Shown here in pieces: positions 43,728 to 53,515 of a stretch of DNA of 64,000 nt. The notes under the pieces are model-generated. The model saw nothing but the letters and a program-made list of their open reading frames with translations, was not told where the DNA came from and did no database searches. A program made the translations under genes and the position numbers. How positions within the stretch are numbered: the stretch's first letter is position 1; every line of letters starts with the position of its first letter. The DNA is from Bryobacterales bacterium (GTDB lineage: Bacteria; Acidobacteriota; Terriglobia; Bryobacterales; Bryobacteraceae), in NCBI GenBank assembly GCA_963738525.1, contig CAVTXC010000011.1, positions 56,891 through 120,890 of the forward strand, given 5' to 3'.

Positions 43728-44302
43728 GAACACATCTTGTTTGTACGCTGGCATCTCTCCTGCTCATTGCCGGAGGCCAGGAACTCGAGGCCGCCGACGA
43801 TCCACAGTTCACTCCTGAAGAGGCAACCGCGGCAGAATATTGCACCCAAACCGGTGGGCAAGTCTATTGGCGCCAGCCGACCTACGGGACGAATGGTCCA
43901 ATTTCTCAGCAACTACCATTAGCGGCGAAGAAGCCCTTTTGCCAGTACACGTCTGCCTCGGATGGATCTCGCATCAGCCTGTTCCTCGCGACCCTGACAA
44001 CCACAAACCCAACTTTGGCGGCGTTGGCTTACTACGCCGAAGTTCCAAGCGGATCCTGTTCGGGCAACCCCGCCTCTTGCTACTGCTCTTTACTCGGCGG
44101 CTCAGATCTCTTTGGCGGAATCAACGCGGCGGGAGGCGGGTGGGTGAATCTGAGCACGGTGGATCAAACTCTCGAATCATGTATCTTCCCCGATCTATCC
44201 ACCATTGACTCGTTCGGTCTTTTCTACCACTCAGCGGGCATCATTCGCGGAATCGATCTCTCGAAAGTGCTGCGGTACAAGAATCCCGCGCTGAAACAGT
44301 AA
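43721..44302 (+). CDS. Secreted Cys-rich protein with DUF333 (putative hemolysin)-like motifs
   Basis: Signal peptide; AAEYCTQTGG...FC and NPASCYCSLLGG...CIFPDLSTIDSFGLFY resemble the DUF333 pattern (judged by eye). Confidence 0.6.
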   Translation: MLRTHLVCTLASLLLIAGGQELEAADDPQFTPEEATAAEYCTQTGGQVYWRQPTYGTNGPISQQLPLAAKKPFCQYTSASDGSRISLFLATLTTTNPTLAALAYYAEVPSGSCSGNPASCYCSLLGGSDLFGGINAAGGGWVNLSTVDQTLESCIFPDLSTIDSFGLFYHSAGIIRGIDLSKVLRYKNPALKQ

Positions 44303-44313
44303 AAAGCAGTAAA

Positions 44314-45096
44314 ATGGCCCAGCCGCTCGCGCCGCCGTCTATTGTCTTGGGGAAGGGAAGACCCCTCGTGGTATTGCACGCGTTTCCCCTCGACGGACGT
44401 CTCTGGATGAATCAAGCCCGCGCTCTCTCTGACGACTATCAAGCGATAGTTCCGGACATGCGTGGGTTTGGGGCGGCGGCTCACCAACTCGGAGCACTGG
44501 ATGAGATTCCGATTGATCTCGTGGCCGACGACATCGCCGCGTTGCTCGACGAAAAGGGAATTCACAAAGCGGTAGTCGGCGGGATTTCCCGGGGCGGGTA
44601 TGTCGCGCTCGCGTTTGCCCGAAGACATCCGGCCAGATTGGAAGCTCTGATGCTTCTGGATACCCGGGCCACGCCCGCCGACGGAGTGGAACAACAAAAC
44701 TGGAGCGAGACGGTAGACCGCCTTCGACGGGAGGGCATCGGTTTCCTTCCGGATCAGATGAAGGACCGTTTGTTCGGGGCCACCACCCTCGCAACAAAGC
44801 CCCAGTTGTTCGAGGACGTTCGGCGAATGATCCTCGATCAAGATCCGAAGTGTGTTGCCGCCGCAGCACGCGGCATGGCGAATCGGCCCGATGCGCGTCA
44901 AGCGTTGCCGCATATTCACGTGCCTGTGCTGACGCTGGCTGGGGTTGAGGATAAAGCGTTTGCCGACACTAGAGCGATTTCGGACGCCATTCCCGAAGCG
45001 CGGTTCGTGGCCATCGAAGGCGCGGGTCATCTGAGCATGTTGGAGCAGTCGGGCGTGGTGACGGAGACGATCCGACAATTTCTGGCTGGCCTTTAG
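44314..45096 (+). CDS. Alpha/beta fold hydrolase (PcaD-like)
   Basis: VVLHAFP, PDMRGFG, GISRGG nucleophile elbow, GVED, GAGHLS. Confidence 0.88.
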   Translation: MAQPLAPPSIVLGKGRPLVVLHAFPLDGRLWMNQARALSDDYQAIVPDMRGFGAAAHQLGALDEIPIDLVADDIAALLDEKGIHKAVVGGISRGGYVALAFARRHPARLEALMLLDTRATPADGVEQQNWSETVDRLRREGIGFLPDQMKDRLFGATTLATKPQLFEDVRRMILDQDPKCVAAAARGMANRPDARQALPHIHVPVLTLAGVEDKAFADTRAISDAIPEARFVAIEGAGHLSMLEQSGVVTETIRQFLAGL

Positions 45097-47345
45097 GGAA
45101 TAATCACTTTCGCCAGCCCCGCGTTTCCTCCGCTATCGACAGTACGCATTACCAGCACGTGCTCTCCCGGCGGAATTGGCGTACTCAGATGAAATCGCTC
45201 CGTAGGTGAGTCGATCACACCATCTACCGAGTTCAAGGCCATCCACGGCCCCGCGTCGAGCGAGTATTCACAGCGGCGTAAAGGGCTGGCAGAATCGGTT
45301 GCTTCAAAGTCTACAACGGCCAGTTTGCCCTCGCGCTTCGAGGCACTGATATGTACAACAGGCGGGGTGTTATCGATTAAGACCGGCGAACTGACGAGTT
45401 CTGCATCGCGGGCCTGATCGGGCGGGTTGGCCTCGCGATCCGAAGCGTTGACTTTGAAGAAGTAGCGACCATCGGCTAGAGAATCGCCGTCGAGATTGAC
45501 CGTGTTGTCATGCAGCGCGGTTTTCAGGAGCTTCCACTCCTTTTCGCCTTCGCCACGAAACCAAAGGGAGTAGACGAGCCGATCGCCATCGATGTCATCC
45601 GCTTGCCAACTGACAATGAGCGTCTGGGAGGAAGCACGGGAGATAGTTTGCGTTGGTGTGCCTGTGCTGGTTGCGGGACCCGCATCGCCGGTGTCTGTTA
45701 CCGTGATGCTGTAAGCCGAGGTTGCGGGTGCGGTTCCCGTGACGGATGCCGTCTTCGCAGTCGCACTACTCGCCGAAGCGCCTGTCGTCACGATGATGGA
45801 GCGAACCACCGGGGCAGAGTTTTGAGGGAGGAACGAAAGGCTGAAGTTCTCAAGCGCGGGCGTCGCCTCTAGGGAGCTATCGAGCTGGGCTTTCCACTGA
45901 ATATAGCGTGCGTTTGGACTGGTAATCTGTGCTCCGGCCGACTGAATCAGGGGTGTCGACCAATCGCTCCAGGTCCGATCCGGGCGCAAAGAATTGCCGG
46001 CACGAGTCCGAATCGTGACTTGACCCTTGCAGGACCAGCGAGCCCGCCCCCATCGCGCGACACTTTGCGCATCGAAGATCGGCGATTCATACGAACCATC
46101 GCGCGCCGCGGAAGAACCAAGTTCGTACAGCTTGCCCATATTGCCGGTTGCGGCGAACACCGCATCACCCACACTCACCAAGCGGGTCGCTTCGCCTTCA
46201 TTTGTTTGGGCAACGAGAGTTAACTTGTGATCGTCGGTCAGATTGTAAATACGGCCGCCATCGTCGGTTGAAAACCACAGGCGATTCTTCCTGGCGAGAA
46301 GGTCGAAGATGTTTTCTTCCTTGGAACTCCAGAGTGTTTCGACCGTGTTATCGGGCGCGATTCGGTAGATGGCGGATTTCTCGACACCGGAGATCTCGAG
46401 CGATTGCGCGTTATTAGCGGCGAGGGCAGTGGCCGCCGCCGCAACCGCGGTCTGTGCCGCTTTATTCGCGTCGGAAGTTTGCGGTGGCTTAATCTCCGGT
46501 CCGGCCTGCGCGTCCGCAGTCACCGTGATCGAAGTGGTGACAACTGGGGTGGAACCGCTCTGCAGCATCGCTTGTGCGGCTTGGGCGGCGGTTTGTGTCC
46601 TGCGGTTGACGGAGCCGCCCAGGCCCACAGCGTAAATCGACCCATCGGGAGCGCTGGCGATTGCGCGGATCTCGGGCAGGTTTGCGTCGTACAGAACGAA
46701 CGCTTTGTCTTTAGCCGAGATTCGGTATAGAATCCCGTTCGGTTCAGTGCCTGCCAGCAATTGGCCATTCTGGTCGAAAGACAATCCGGTGACGTGCGCT
46801 TGACCGGTGGCATAATATTCCTCGCCTTGGGTCGCCGCGCTCACGCGGAACACCCGGCCCTCGTCGCCAGTACCGACATAGAGTGCCCCATCGCTCCCGA
46901 AAGCTAGAGCCCAGATGTATTTCTGGTGCGGGTCGAAATAGAGATCAGCTTTTCCGTTTTGAACGCGATAGACCTTGCCGTCGGGAGAGGTCCCCGCGTA
47001 GACCGCGCCATCTTTTCCGACCGCAACCGCGAAAATTTCGGGCTGATCTGCCGTCCATATAAGGGTTGCGTGGTGGGCGGAGTCCAACCGGTACAAGCGA
47101 CCGCGATTTCCCGTGCCCGCATAAAGCGAACCGTTAGCGTCGGCTGCAACACTCCAGATCACTGCCTGCCCAGACGAGAATACTGAATTCAGGACTGGCG
47201 CGAGGGTGATTGTTCCATCGCGGCTCAACGAAAGATTATGGAATTGTCCCTTCAGGAAATCCTGGTAGCTAGCCATTTCCCACGAGGTCACACTGGATCC
47301 GCAAAGCGGATAAGCGGCGAGAAGAATGCCGAGCAACATTCTCAT
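45093..47345 (-). CDS. Large secreted beta-propeller protein with C-terminal FN3/Ig-like domains
   Basis: Signal peptide; repeated LYAGTGxxGRLYR / LAFGSDGALYVGTG blades; C-terminal SWQADDIDGDRLVY...DGRYFFKV...IDNTPP. Confidence 0.75.
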   Translation of the reverse strand: MRMLLGILLAAYPLCGSSVTSWEMASYQDFLKGQFHNLSLSRDGTITLAPVLNSVFSSGQAVIWSVAADANGSLYAGTGNRGRLYRLDSAHHATLIWTADQPEIFAVAVGKDGAVYAGTSPDGKVYRVQNGKADLYFDPHQKYIWALAFGSDGALYVGTGDEGRVFRVSAATQGEEYYATGQAHVTGLSFDQNGQLLAGTEPNGILYRISAKDKAFVLYDANLPEIRAIASAPDGSIYAVGLGGSVNRRTQTAAQAAQAMLQSGSTPVVTTSITVTADAQAGPEIKPPQTSDANKAAQTAVAAAATALAANNAQSLEISGVEKSAIYRIAPDNTVETLWSSKEENIFDLLARKNRLWFSTDDGGRIYNLTDDHKLTLVAQTNEGEATRLVSVGDAVFAATGNMGKLYELGSSAARDGSYESPIFDAQSVARWGRARWSCKGQVTIRTRAGNSLRPDRTWSDWSTPLIQSAGAQITSPNARYIQWKAQLDSSLEATPALENFSLSFLPQNSAPVVRSIIVTTGASASSATAKTASVTGTAPATSAYSITVTDTGDAGPATSTGTPTQTISRASSQTLIVSWQADDIDGDRLVYSLWFRGEGEKEWKLLKTALHDNTVNLDGDSLADGRYFFKVNASDREANPPDQARDAELVSSPVLIDNTPPVVHISASKREGKLAVVDFEATDSASPLRRCEYSLDAGPWMALNSVDGVIDSPTERFHLSTPIPPGEHVLVMRTVDSGGNAGLAKVIIP

Positions 47346-49129
47346 GGTTTGACCTCGACCTGGACTGTTTTCGAGCCGGTGACGGTCCGATAGCCCGCAT
47401 CGATAGTCATCTCAGCAACCTTCGAATTTCTGATCGCATTTAGGGCGAGGCCAGCGTTTCCGAGCGACGACGCCATGACCAAAGCGACCGACGGAGGTGG
47501 CGCCGGCAGTTCGGTCACCCCCGCTGGAAAGGAAGGCTCCGACCGCCAAACACGCACGTAAGCTCGGCTGTTATCACGCAGTCTGCTGACCATGTTGAGA
47601 AGTTGCTCGGGGGTTCGAGGAGAAGTCGCTAGTGCGGTCTTTAAGTCCTGCATGCTCGTCTGATTGCCGTCCGCGACCGTGAAGTTCAGAGGGCCGGCTT
47701 CCGCGCCGATCGGTACCTCATAACGAACGCTACGCATCTCATCCCCGCCTGTGTCTGCTGTTAGCGTGACGTGAATTTCGATTGTCTCACCGGGCTTTAC
47801 TTCGCGTTTCTCCGGCACGAGTTCCGAAATTTCAAGAGTGTGCTTTTTTTCAATCGACTCTACCTCCAAAGAGATCCGTTTGACCGACAGGGAATCGAAT
47901 CCGCTTTGCAACACGTAGGCCACGGGTGCAGCCGCCGAGAGCGCCGCGAGTTGGGGAATGCTGGAATCTCCGGAGTACACATCACTCAGGTGAATCGAAC
48001 GGTTGCCGCTCAGTTCGACGGTTCCGTGTACTGCCATGGTGGACGGACCGGCACTTCTCTCCGTGGCATCCAGCGTAGAGAACACAGCCATCTGAACCAG
48101 CAAAGGAGTGAACATCGGATCGTTGACCATGTTCATTCTGTACGTATCGACAACACGGCCTTGACGGTGAATGGCAATCTCAAAAGGCACCATGTTCGCT
48201 CGTTTCCCGAACCGTCCCGAGACGGCCGTGTCGCGATCCTGCGAAATGACGCCCATCAGCTCGCCCGGGGCCGAGATCTTAAATGAGGTGTTCACGTTCG
48301 CGAGCAGGGTTAGGACTTCGGACCGGGTGAAGGGAAGGTCGGTCGCTCCGACTGCGAGGAAACGATGACCGAACGCGTAAACCCGATCGCCGTCTACATA
48401 CGTGACCGTGCCATCGGCGCCGACATTCATATCCCCTTCCATAAGCTGAACGGAGATCATGGAGCCAGGCTGCACGCTTGCGGGATTTCCAAAGGGAGCA
48501 GATGCCGCGTGAACCGCGCCGCCACCTGCGGAGAGTGCCTGGGCTGGTTCAAGCCCGAGCGCGCGCAACTGAGGCGAGAAAGCATCCAGCGTTCTCTGCG
48601 TAAAGCCTCCTAGCGCCAGAGGCGTGCTGATGTTGATCAATTTGTTTGCGGACGACGTGGCCACACTTGGCAGCAACGCGCTGAAATCTCCCTTCTGCAA
48701 AGCCTCCGCTACAAGCCGCGGATTCGCCGGGCGGGAAGTTCCTTCGGATTCAGCGGACCGCAGCATGTCTTCAATGGGGCGGATCGCCGCTACCGGATCT
48801 TTCGAGAACGGGAAAGCCATCGCCACCGCTCCTAGTAGCCTTCCGTCGATGTAGACGGGGCTCCCGCTCATGCCCTGCATGACGCCGGTGTGCTCCAGAG
48901 GGCCGCCGGAAAGCCGGGCCAGAATTACGGATTCTTTGGGGCCCGCGTTGGGCAGCACACCATAGATCTCGACCTGGAATTCTTCCACCTTCTCGCCTTG
49001 AAACACGGTCTTACCGATGCCGTGCATCCCGGCACGAACTTCGGAAAGAGGAAAGAAGGGAGAGGCAGCCGGAGCGTTTACAGCCAATAGCAGGTAGAAG
49101 GCAGCGAAAAGAAGGGGGGAGGATATCAC
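47342..49129 (-). CDS. SpoIVB-like peptidase S55 domain protein (secreted)
   Basis: GKTVFQG, GVMQGMSGSPVYIDGRLLGAVA, GTVTYVDGDRVYAFGHRF; C-terminal Ig-like region. Confidence 0.82.
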   Translation of the reverse strand: MISSPLLFAAFYLLLAVNAPAASPFFPLSEVRAGMHGIGKTVFQGEKVEEFQVEIYGVLPNAGPKESVILARLSGGPLEHTGVMQGMSGSPVYIDGRLLGAVAMAFPFSKDPVAAIRPIEDMLRSAESEGTSRPANPRLVAEALQKGDFSALLPSVATSSANKLINISTPLALGGFTQRTLDAFSPQLRALGLEPAQALSAGGGAVHAASAPFGNPASVQPGSMISVQLMEGDMNVGADGTVTYVDGDRVYAFGHRFLAVGATDLPFTRSEVLTLLANVNTSFKISAPGELMGVISQDRDTAVSGRFGKRANMVPFEIAIHRQGRVVDTYRMNMVNDPMFTPLLVQMAVFSTLDATERSAGPSTMAVHGTVELSGNRSIHLSDVYSGDSSIPQLAALSAAAPVAYVLQSGFDSLSVKRISLEVESIEKKHTLEISELVPEKREVKPGETIEIHVTLTADTGGDEMRSVRYEVPIGAEAGPLNFTVADGNQTSMQDLKTALATSPRTPEQLLNMVSRLRDNSRAYVRVWRSEPSFPAGVTELPAPPPSVALVMASSLGNAGLALNAIRNSKVAEMTIDAGYRTVTGSKTVQVEVKP

Positions 49130-49186
49130 GTGTCGGAGCCTACGGGATGGTACTCCGGCGAATGTGCCTCGTACCTACCCGTAAGT

Positions 49187-49214
49187 GTAACGTGTTGAAA
49201 TACCGATACGTTAC
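49187..49214. promoter_or_regulatory. Inverted repeat (operator candidate) in the divergent S55/exosortase intergenic region
   Basis: GTAACGT (49187-49193) N14 ACGTTAC (49208-49214). Confidence 0.4.
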
Positions 49215-49263
49215 CAGAAAAGGCTGAGAACGATGTTAAGATGATGGTTACAGTTCCCCTATC

Positions 49264-50133
49264 ATGGCGGAAGAAGAACGCCTCTCATTTTCCTGGGTTA
49301 CGATCGGCTGGTTCGCAACCCTACTCTTCGCCTGTTACGCGCCCGTACTTATCGCCCTCGTTAAAAACTGGAACAGTGACGCGGATATGGGACACGGTTT
49401 CTTTGTCCCCTTGGTCGCCGGTTTTATCGTCTGGCAAAAACGCGCTGAACTTGCGGCAGCCACGCCCCGTCCTAATTGGTGGGGGTTGCCGATTGTCCTC
49501 TACGCGGCCGTGCAGTTATATCTTGCGACGCTCGGAGCGGAGTTGTTTTTGGCGAGAACTGCATTCGTTCTCTCTCTGATCGGCATCGTGCTGCTGCTCG
49601 GAGGAACGAGGTATTTGAAGATGCTGGCGTTCCCGCTGTTCCTGCTTTTCTTCATGATCCCGATTCCGGCTGTGATTTATAACCGAATCACCTTTCCGCT
49701 GCAGACACTTGCCAGCCAAGCCGCCGAATGGGCGTTGGGCGTTCTGCAGATTCCGGTGTTGCGCGAAGGTAATATTCTCGACCTTCCGGATAAGCGACTG
49801 AGTGTGGTCGAGGCGTGCAGCGGAATACGATCGCTGCTTACTCTCACGTTCCTATCGCTGGTGTATGGCTACTTTTTCGAGCGTCGGATCTGGGTTCGAA
49901 TTGCGATCTTCTTCGCAACCATCCCAATTGCGATCATCGCCAATGCCAATCGGGTGACGCTTACCGGAGTGCTTGCGGAGTACAAGCCGGAATACGCCGA
50001 AGGATTCTTCCACGAAATGTCGGGCGGAATCATCTTCGTAGTGGCGCTTTTCATCATGGTCGTGGTGCATCAAATTTTTGTCCGAGGAATAAATGTTTAT
50101 GATCGCCGGCACCATGCACCGACTCTTGCGTAG
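49264..50133 (+). CDS. Exosortase
   Basis: 8 TM; GHGFFVP, FMIPIP, VVEACSGIRS (Cys), ANANRV (Arg), FFHE (His). Confidence 0.92.
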   Translation: MAEEERLSFSWVTIGWFATLLFACYAPVLIALVKNWNSDADMGHGFFVPLVAGFIVWQKRAELAAATPRPNWWGLPIVLYAAVQLYLATLGAELFLARTAFVLSLIGIVLLLGGTRYLKMLAFPLFLLFFMIPIPAVIYNRITFPLQTLASQAAEWALGVLQIPVLREGNILDLPDKRLSVVEACSGIRSLLTLTFLSLVYGYFFERRIWVRIAIFFATIPIAIIANANRVTLTGVLAEYKPEYAEGFFHEMSGGIIFVVALFIMVVVHQIFVRGINVYDRRHHAPTLA

Positions 50134-50767
50134 TCGGTACGTCCAGGTTCTTACGCTTGTCCTTGCGCTCCAGGCTCTGTTGTTTTACACGGCCTCCCAC
50201 GGTGAGAACGTTCCGCTGGCCCGCTCGCTTCAGTTCTTCCCGGCGCAGGTCGGCACTTGGACGCTTGCGCAGACAGGCATTGTGGAGCCGGAAACATTGG
50301 CTGTTCTGAAGGCTGATGACACTCTGACGCGTTGGTATGTTAACCCGTCAGGCGGCGGAGCAAACCTGTTCGTCGCCTTCTTCAAAACGCAGAGAACCGG
50401 CCAAAGCCCGCACTCTCCAAAGAATTGCCTGCCGGGTTCGGGTTGGAGTCCATCTTCCACCGGATTTGTGGATGTTTCCATTCCGGCCCGCAACGAAACG
50501 ATCCGGATCAACAAGTACATCGTCAGCAAGGGCGATCAGAAGAGCTTGGTCCTTTACTGGTATCAATCCCAGAATCGAGTGATCGCTGATGAGTTTTCAG
50601 CGAAGATCTATCTTGTCGCCGATTCGATTCGACATCACCGGAGTGACACAGCTCTCGTTCGCATCGTGGTTCCCGTTACTGGCGATCACGAGCAACAAGC
50701 GGCTGAGCAGGGGGAAGCTTTCGTTCAGGCGGTCTATCCGCAGTTGCGAGCTTACCTCCCTAGTTAG
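50114..50767 (+). CDS. epsI: EpsI family exosortase-associated protein
   Basis: FPAQVGTW, QRTGQSPHSPKNCLPGSGW, VLYWYQ, SDTALVRI. Confidence 0.88.
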   Translation: MHRLLRSRYVQVLTLVLALQALLFYTASHGENVPLARSLQFFPAQVGTWTLAQTGIVEPETLAVLKADDTLTRWYVNPSGGGANLFVAFFKTQRTGQSPHSPKNCLPGSGWSPSSTGFVDVSIPARNETIRINKYIVSKGDQKSLVLYWYQSQNRVIADEFSAKIYLVADSIRHHRSDTALVRIVVPVTGDHEQQAAEQGEAFVQAVYPQLRAYLPS

Positions 50768-50787
50768 CCCCAAGCGTAACCTAAGAG

Positions 50788-51759
50788 GTGATGATCCGCT
50801 GGGTATACTTTTCCGTCTCTCTGATGTTCGGGTCCGTCGCAGGCTTCGGGCAGACGCCCCACATGGTTGCACCTCCCGTGAACCCGGCTGAGGCGGCACG
50901 GCTCGCAGAGACGGGCCACTGCCCTCAGGCGCTCCCGCAGCTCAAGCGGTCTCTTGTGCGTCTAGCCGGATCTGACTTGAAGCGCAGGGTCGGCGTGGCT
51001 GGCGTGCACTGCGCCGTCACTCTGAATCAACCGGCGGAAGCAGCTGCATTCCTGGCGTGGCTGGATCACGAATTCCCACACGATCCGGCTGTCCTATACC
51101 TGGCCTCCCACGTCTATTCTGATTTGTCGCTGAACGCCTCGAATGAGTTGCTCTACACGCATCCCGAGTCAGCTGAGGTTCATGAATTAAACGCGGAAAC
51201 GCTCGAGATGCAGAACAAGTGGAAAGAAGCGGCGGAAGAATACCGGGTCATTTTGGGCAAAAGTCCCGACATGCCTGGTATCCATTTCCGTCTGGGGCGT
51301 GTTTTGCTGTCGGAGCCAAATGCTCCTGCGACAGTGAAGGAAGATGCGCGCCAGGAATTTGAACAGGAACTGAAGATCGACCCCACAAATGCAGGCGCTG
51401 AATTCGTCCTTGGAGAACTGGCGAGACAGGCCGACAATCTGCCCAATGCGATCTCCCACTTCCGCCGCGCCGTTCAACTGGATGTGTCCTTTTCGGATGC
51501 ACAGATGCAACTTGGTCGGGCCTTGCTCGATGGGGATCAACCGGCAGAAGCCATCAGGCCCTTGGAAGCGGCGGAGAAGCTCCGGCCTGAGGATCCTGAA
51601 GTGCACTTTCACCTCAGCGCCGCGTATCGGAAATCGGGTCGGAGAGCCGATGCCGACCGGGAGGCAGAACTGCATCGCGAAACGGCCCAGCGGGCAACGC
51701 GGCGCAACGATGAGTTCAAGCGGCAGATTTCAGGCGGATCTGTTCAGCCGGCACAGTAG
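50788..51759 (+). CDS. Exported tetratricopeptide repeat protein
   Basis: Signal peptide; TPR-like units (HFRLGRVL, EFVLGEL, QLGRAL, HFHLSAAY). Confidence 0.82.
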   Translation: MMIRWVYFSVSLMFGSVAGFGQTPHMVAPPVNPAEAARLAETGHCPQALPQLKRSLVRLAGSDLKRRVGVAGVHCAVTLNQPAEAAAFLAWLDHEFPHDPAVLYLASHVYSDLSLNASNELLYTHPESAEVHELNAETLEMQNKWKEAAEEYRVILGKSPDMPGIHFRLGRVLLSEPNAPATVKEDARQEFEQELKIDPTNAGAEFVLGELARQADNLPNAISHFRRAVQLDVSFSDAQMQLGRALLDGDQPAEAIRPLEAAEKLRPEDPEVHFHLSAAYRKSGRRADADREAELHRETAQRATRRNDEFKRQISGGSVQPAQ

Positions 51760-51762
51760 CGG

Positions 51763-52194
51763 TTAGCCTGGGGGCGCCGCGGTCTTGTCGCGGTTCACCG
51801 CATCGAGAACACCGTTGACGAAGTGAACCGACTCTTCTCCCGCAAATTGACGAGCCAACTCAATGGCCTCGTCGATTAAGACCGCGGGCGGCGTATCGGT
51901 GTGAAGCATTTCGTAAACTGCAAGCCGCAAAACATTGCGGTCGACGATCGGCATCCGCTCGATACGCCAGCGTTCCGCATGCTTTTGAATCAAGGGGTCG
52001 ATGACGGACGCCTTCTCTACCGTTCCCCGCACCAGAAATTCCATAAACGCGTCACGCGGGACGCGCGGCTGATCGTCCTCGCGTCCCAATGAAGCGTAGA
52101 AGCCATCAATGGATTCATTGATTTCATGCTTCCGCATGTCCCATTGGTAAAGGATTTGAAGCGCCCGCTGCCGAGCCCTGTGTCGCGAAGGCAT
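51763..52194 (-). CDS. nusB: Transcription antitermination factor NusB
   Basis: RHRARQRALQILYQ, VDRNVLRLAVYE, IDEAIELA, FVNGVLD. Confidence 0.96.
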   Translation of the reverse strand: MPSRHRARQRALQILYQWDMRKHEINESIDGFYASLGREDDQPRVPRDAFMEFLVRGTVEKASVIDPLIQKHAERWRIERMPIVDRNVLRLAVYEMLHTDTPPAVLIDEAIELARQFAGEESVHFVNGVLDAVNRDKTAAPPG

Positions 52195-52195
52195 G

Positions 52196-52696
52196 CTACG
52201 CGGTCCGGATCCGCCGCAGAAGGTTGGCCATCTCGATGGCTGTCATAGCTGCGTCAAAACCCTTATTGCCGCTTTTCGCTCCAGAACGGTCCACCGCTTG
52301 TTCCACCGTATTTGTCGTCAGCACGCCAAACACAATGGGGATACCGGTCTCAACCGCCAGACGCGCGATCCCGCTCGCAGCCTCACCCGCGACATAATCG
52401 AAGTGAGGAGTGTCGCCTCGAATCACAGCTCCGAGGCAGATAATCGCGTCATTCCGCCCGGTGTCGGCAACCGCCTTCACCGTTAAAGGAAATTCCCAAG
52501 CGCCGGGAATGCGAATAACTTCGATTTGCGCTTCGTCAGCCCCCGTTCGTTTCAACGCGTCCAGGGCGCCGGCGAGAAGCCGGTCCGTTACGAAGCTGTT
52601 GAACCGGGCGACGATAATCGCAAAGCGCAATCCGCTCGCCGACAACTCGCCTTCAGTTAATTTAAAAGCCAAAGCTGATCCTTCTAGATTGCTCAT
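52196..52696 (-). CDS. ribH: 6,7-dimethyl-8-ribityllumazine synthase
   Basis: [44 protein letters not shown]. Confidence 0.96.
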   Translation of the reverse strand: MSNLEGSALAFKLTEGELSASGLRFAIIVARFNSFVTDRLLAGALDALKRTGADEAQIEVIRIPGAWEFPLTVKAVADTGRNDAIICLGAVIRGDTPHFDYVAGEAASGIARLAVETGIPIVFGVLTTNTVEQAVDRSGAKSGNKGFDAAMTAIEMANLLRRIRTA

Positions 52697-53478
52697 CGGC
52701 CAACGAAGACCGCTGCGCGTTTTTCGAGAAAAGCGCGAGTACCCTCGCGGCGATCCTCCGTTGATGCGGAAAACCCGAACGCCATGGCTTCAAAGCGCAG
52801 ACCGGCTTCGAGCCCCGCGTCGTATCCCGTTTCCACAGCCTGCATGGTGAGCGCCACGGCCAAAGGCCCATTAGCCAATATTCTCTGCAACCAGGCAGCG
52901 CTGAATGTCAACAGATCGACTTGGGGCACAACGTGGTTAACGAGGCCGATCCGATAAGCTTCCGCCGCGTCGATCATCTCACCCGTGAGCAGCATCTCTA
53001 ATGCGGCGCCTCTTCCGATCAGCCGTGGCAATCGCTGCGTCGCGCCATAGCCTGGTACGATGCCGAGCTTTACCTCGGGTTGACCGAGCTTTGCGTTCGG
53101 AGACGCGATGCGGGCCGTACACGCCATGGCGAGTTCCATTCCCCCGCCAAGAGCAAAGCCGTTGATTGCGGCCACGGACGGTTTGCGCATCGTTTCCAGC
53201 ATGCGGAAAGTGGCTTGTCCCCGACTGGATAACGACTCCGCCTCAGTCGGATTCATTTGCGCAATTTCCTTGATGTCCGCCCCGGCTACGAAAGCCTTTT
53301 CCCCACTGCCGGTAACGATCAAACCGCGGATTTCGCTCTCCCCGGAACATTTTTCGAACACGTGGCGCAGCTCATTCATTACTTCGCCATTCAGTGCGTT
53401 CAGCTTGTCCGGACGATGTATCGTTACGACAGCTATTCCGCTATCTCCTACGGAAAACTGTATGTGACTGAAATTCAT
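52693..53478 (-). CDS. Enoyl-CoA hydratase (crotonase)
   Basis: [47 protein letters not shown]. Confidence 0.92.
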   Translation of the reverse strand: MNFSHIQFSVGDSGIAVVTIHRPDKLNALNGEVMNELRHVFEKCSGESEIRGLIVTGSGEKAFVAGADIKEIAQMNPTEAESLSSRGQATFRMLETMRKPSVAAINGFALGGGMELAMACTARIASPNAKLGQPEVKLGIVPGYGATQRLPRLIGRGAALEMLLTGEMIDAAEAYRIGLVNHVVPQVDLLTFSAAWLQRILANGPLAVALTMQAVETGYDAGLEAGLRFEAMAFGFSASTEDRREGTRAFLEKRAAVFVGR

Positions 53479-53515
53479 CTGAGATAATCGGGTTTACAGA
53501 GCATCATCATACCGC

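Noticed and set aside
47342-49129. Evidence for endospore formation from the SpoIVB-like gene
   Set aside because: No other sporulation genes; architecture and diderm context differ from Bacillus SpoIVB.
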